Shown here one piece after another: positions 26,192 to 27,834 of a stretch of DNA of 27,834 bases. The position numbers and the translations under genes are program-made. The first letter of the stretch is position 1, and every line of letters begins with the position of its first letter. The stretch comes from Planctomycetaceae bacterium (lineage in GTDB: Bacteria; Planctomycetota; Planctomycetia; Pirellulales; Thermoguttaceae), in the NCBI GenBank assembly GCA_031257725.1, contig JAIROD010000815.1:1-27834 (forward strand), written 5' to 3'. Below the pieces are notes generated by a model that saw only the letters and a program-made list of their open reading frames with translations, did not search any database and was not told the DNA's origin.

Positions 26192-26944
26192 TTAAATTCC
26201 TGCACCGCTTGAGAACAAAAATCGTGCCAATTCGGTTTGGAATATTTGTGATTCTTTTGACATATCCAAAGTTTCAATAAGTCGTCCTGTTTCCATGACC
26301 GCAACACGGTTACAAATTGATCGGACGGCGTCCATTTCATGAGTAACAAGGACAATTGTTATTCCAAGTTCATCGTTAATTCGTTTCAGGTATTGCAAAA
26401 TGCTTCGCGTGGTTTGCGGGTCTAATGCTGATGTCGGTTCATCGCAAAGGAGGATTTTTGGTTTTGTAACAATTGCTCGTGCGATGGCGACACGTTGTTT
26501 TTGACCGCCGCTTAACTTCGACGGATAATCACCGGCTTTGTCGGACAAATCAACCGTTTTCAAACTTTGGAACACCCGCTCATATCGTTCGGTTTTCGGA
26601 ACATTGGCAATCTCCAACGGAAAGGCAACATTCTCAAAAGCGGTGGCATTTTGTAACAGGTTGTAATGTTGAAAGACCATTCCGATTTTTTGCCTTCGCG
26701 TCAATAATTCTTTTTTGACCAGCACGGTCAAATTTTCTCCATCAACAAAAACTGTTCCGCTGTCGGGTCGTTCGAGTAAGTTAATGCAACGCAAAAGAGT
26801 GGACTTGCCGGCACCGGAAAGCCCGATAAAACTAAAAATTTCTCCCGCCTTAATATGAACAGACACCGAGTCAAGTACCTGCAAAGTACCGCCTGATGTT
26901 TGATAATTTTTTTTGAGTTCTATCAGCCGAATCATTTTGATCAC
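26192..26944 (-). CDS. metN: MetN-family ABC transporter ATP-binding protein lacking the C-terminal NIL domain
   Basis: Walker A GLSGAGKST, LERPDSG, LSGGQKQRVAIARA, DEPTSALDP and THEM. 250 aa; alternative start ATG at 26935. Confidence 0.9.
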   Translation of the reverse strand: MIKMIRLIELKKNYQTSGGTLQVLDSVSVHIKAGEIFSFIGLSGAGKSTLLRCINLLERPDSGTVFVDGENLTVLVKKELLTRRQKIGMVFQHYNLLQNATAFENVAFPLEIANVPKTERYERVFQSLKTVDLSDKAGDYPSKLSGGQKQRVAIARAIVTKPKILLCDEPTSALDPQTTRSILQYLKRINDELGITIVLVTHEMDAVRSICNRVAVMETGRLIETLDMSKESQIFQTELARFLFSSGAGI

Positions 26945-26986
26945 CGCAAAATTAGGATAATACCTGATTTTTTTACAAAATGTAAA

Positions 26987-27002
26987 TACAAAAACCGTGC
27001 CA
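26987..27002 (-). promoter_or_regulatory. Putative sigma54 promoter for the metN operon
   Basis: Minus strand reads TGGCAC-GGTTT-TTGTA; positionally equivalent to 19388-19403. Confidence 0.65.
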
Positions 27003-27506
27003 GTTTTGTGATTAAACTGTTAAAGTTTTAAGTTGAATAGTAAAAAACGGAACAATTCGTTGATAACCTGTTAATATGAAAAGACTTAAAGCAAAACATA
27101 CTATGTAACTATGTTTACAGTAATTAATCTTACCAAACGTCAATATTCTGTCAATAGCCAATTTATCAAATTTTTCGCCAATAATATGCCAATCAATTTT
27201 GAAAAAATTAAACAAGGCATTGCCGAAACAATGCCTTGTTTCAAATGGGAACCTCTAAAAATTCGTTTTTGATCATGGAATTATTTGTCCTTTTTGTCCA
27301 TGAAGTCCATTATGTCTCTAAAATTCAAGTATATGAACATAATGGACAGGCTGATGCGAAAATAATATTTTTAGCGGTGCCTAAATACTGTTAAGAATTT
27401 TTTAAAAGTTCCCCAAAATTATTCCCCTCATATTTAACGGGTTCATTCGGGTTCATCCATGAAATAGCCGTGAAATATGACGGCTGCCCGTGAAATATGG
27501 TAGTTT
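26989..27506 (-). repeat. Duplicated regulatory region, copy B
   Basis: See copy A. Includes TGT-N10-ACA at 27104-27119 and palindromes at 27425-27440, 27468-27483 and 27488-27503. Confidence 0.9.
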
Positions 27507-27509
27507 GAT

Positions 27510-27832
27510 GCGACTCCCGCTTGACGTGACAAGGTTTCTTGGGATTTCCGATAGGACAAGCTCTGAACAACTTCACCAACGGATTCTTTTAACTCCGACG
27601 TATAATGATGACGTTTGGAGATCTGCCAATGAATCGCAGAAGGAATAAATGTCTTTTTCGTTTGATAATCAAGAAGGCGTTGGCGGCGGATTTCGATGTC
27701 GCCAAAACTGCTCACAATCCGATAAGGACATTGACCGTGACGGTGAAGTTGCGGATTGGACTGTTGGTGACTGGCGGCGATACGCTGATCTGCAACATCA
27801 AGAGTCTGACTGGCAACCTCGCGAGATAGATA
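27510..27832 (-). pseudogene. Truncated transposase N-terminal fragment, UPF0236/ISLre2-like (runs off the window edge)
   Basis: The frame is open from the edge: ...HRHGQCPYRIVSSFGDIEIRRQRLLD...LSYRKSQETL. This matches the T/S-x-FG-x-I-x-x-x-R and SYR pattern I recall for this family. Similarity stops where promoter copy B begins. Confidence 0.55.
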
Positions 27833-27834
27833 CT

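Noticed and set aside
15453-27317. CRISPR array
   Set aside because: The repeats are 9-bp degenerate units or palindromes without unique spacers, and there are no cas genes.
1005-27829. Numerous short ORFs antisense to or overlapping the main genes (e.g. 1005-1304, 5183-5689, 16177-16656, 17591-18040, 27605-27829)
   Set aside because: They are shadows of well-supported genes or of the transposase fragment, with no recognisable motifs or RBS.

Overview
AT-rich bacterial window. It holds one long, mostly minus-strand nutrient-scavenging island; a Planctomycetota host is inferred only from the two BBP2-type beta-barrel proteins. Reading right to left on the minus strand: truncated transposase | sigma54-type promoter -> metN, two QueG/reductive-dehalogenase-like Fe-S proteins, URO-D-fold (MtaA/CmuA-like) protein, metI | inserted EcoRI-type adenine methyltransferase plus HNH remnant (plus strand) | second copy of the same promoter -> metQ, cysK, glutamine-synthetase-like ligase, MtaA-like protein, nitrogenase-like D and K subunits (no NifH or NifB in the window), corrinoid protein, MtaA-like protein, RACo/RamA-type corrinoid activase, short URO-D-like protein, corrinoid protein, NifX/NifB-family protein. 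The left 6 kb carries two paralogous outer-membrane beta-barrels in opposite orientation, flanking a formamidase-like amidase and a Tat-signal protein. The main candidate novel system is a non-N2-fixing, Mar-like nitrogenase DK pair embedded in a B12 methyl-transfer operon with cysteine synthase and a Met-type ABC importer. The island appears tied together by shared sigma54 promoters and a repeated 16-bp palindrome, CCGTGA-N4-T(C/G)ACGG. Several families of small palindromic or MITE-like repeats occupy intergenic spaces. All assignments come from motif recognition and manual alignment; no database searches were run.
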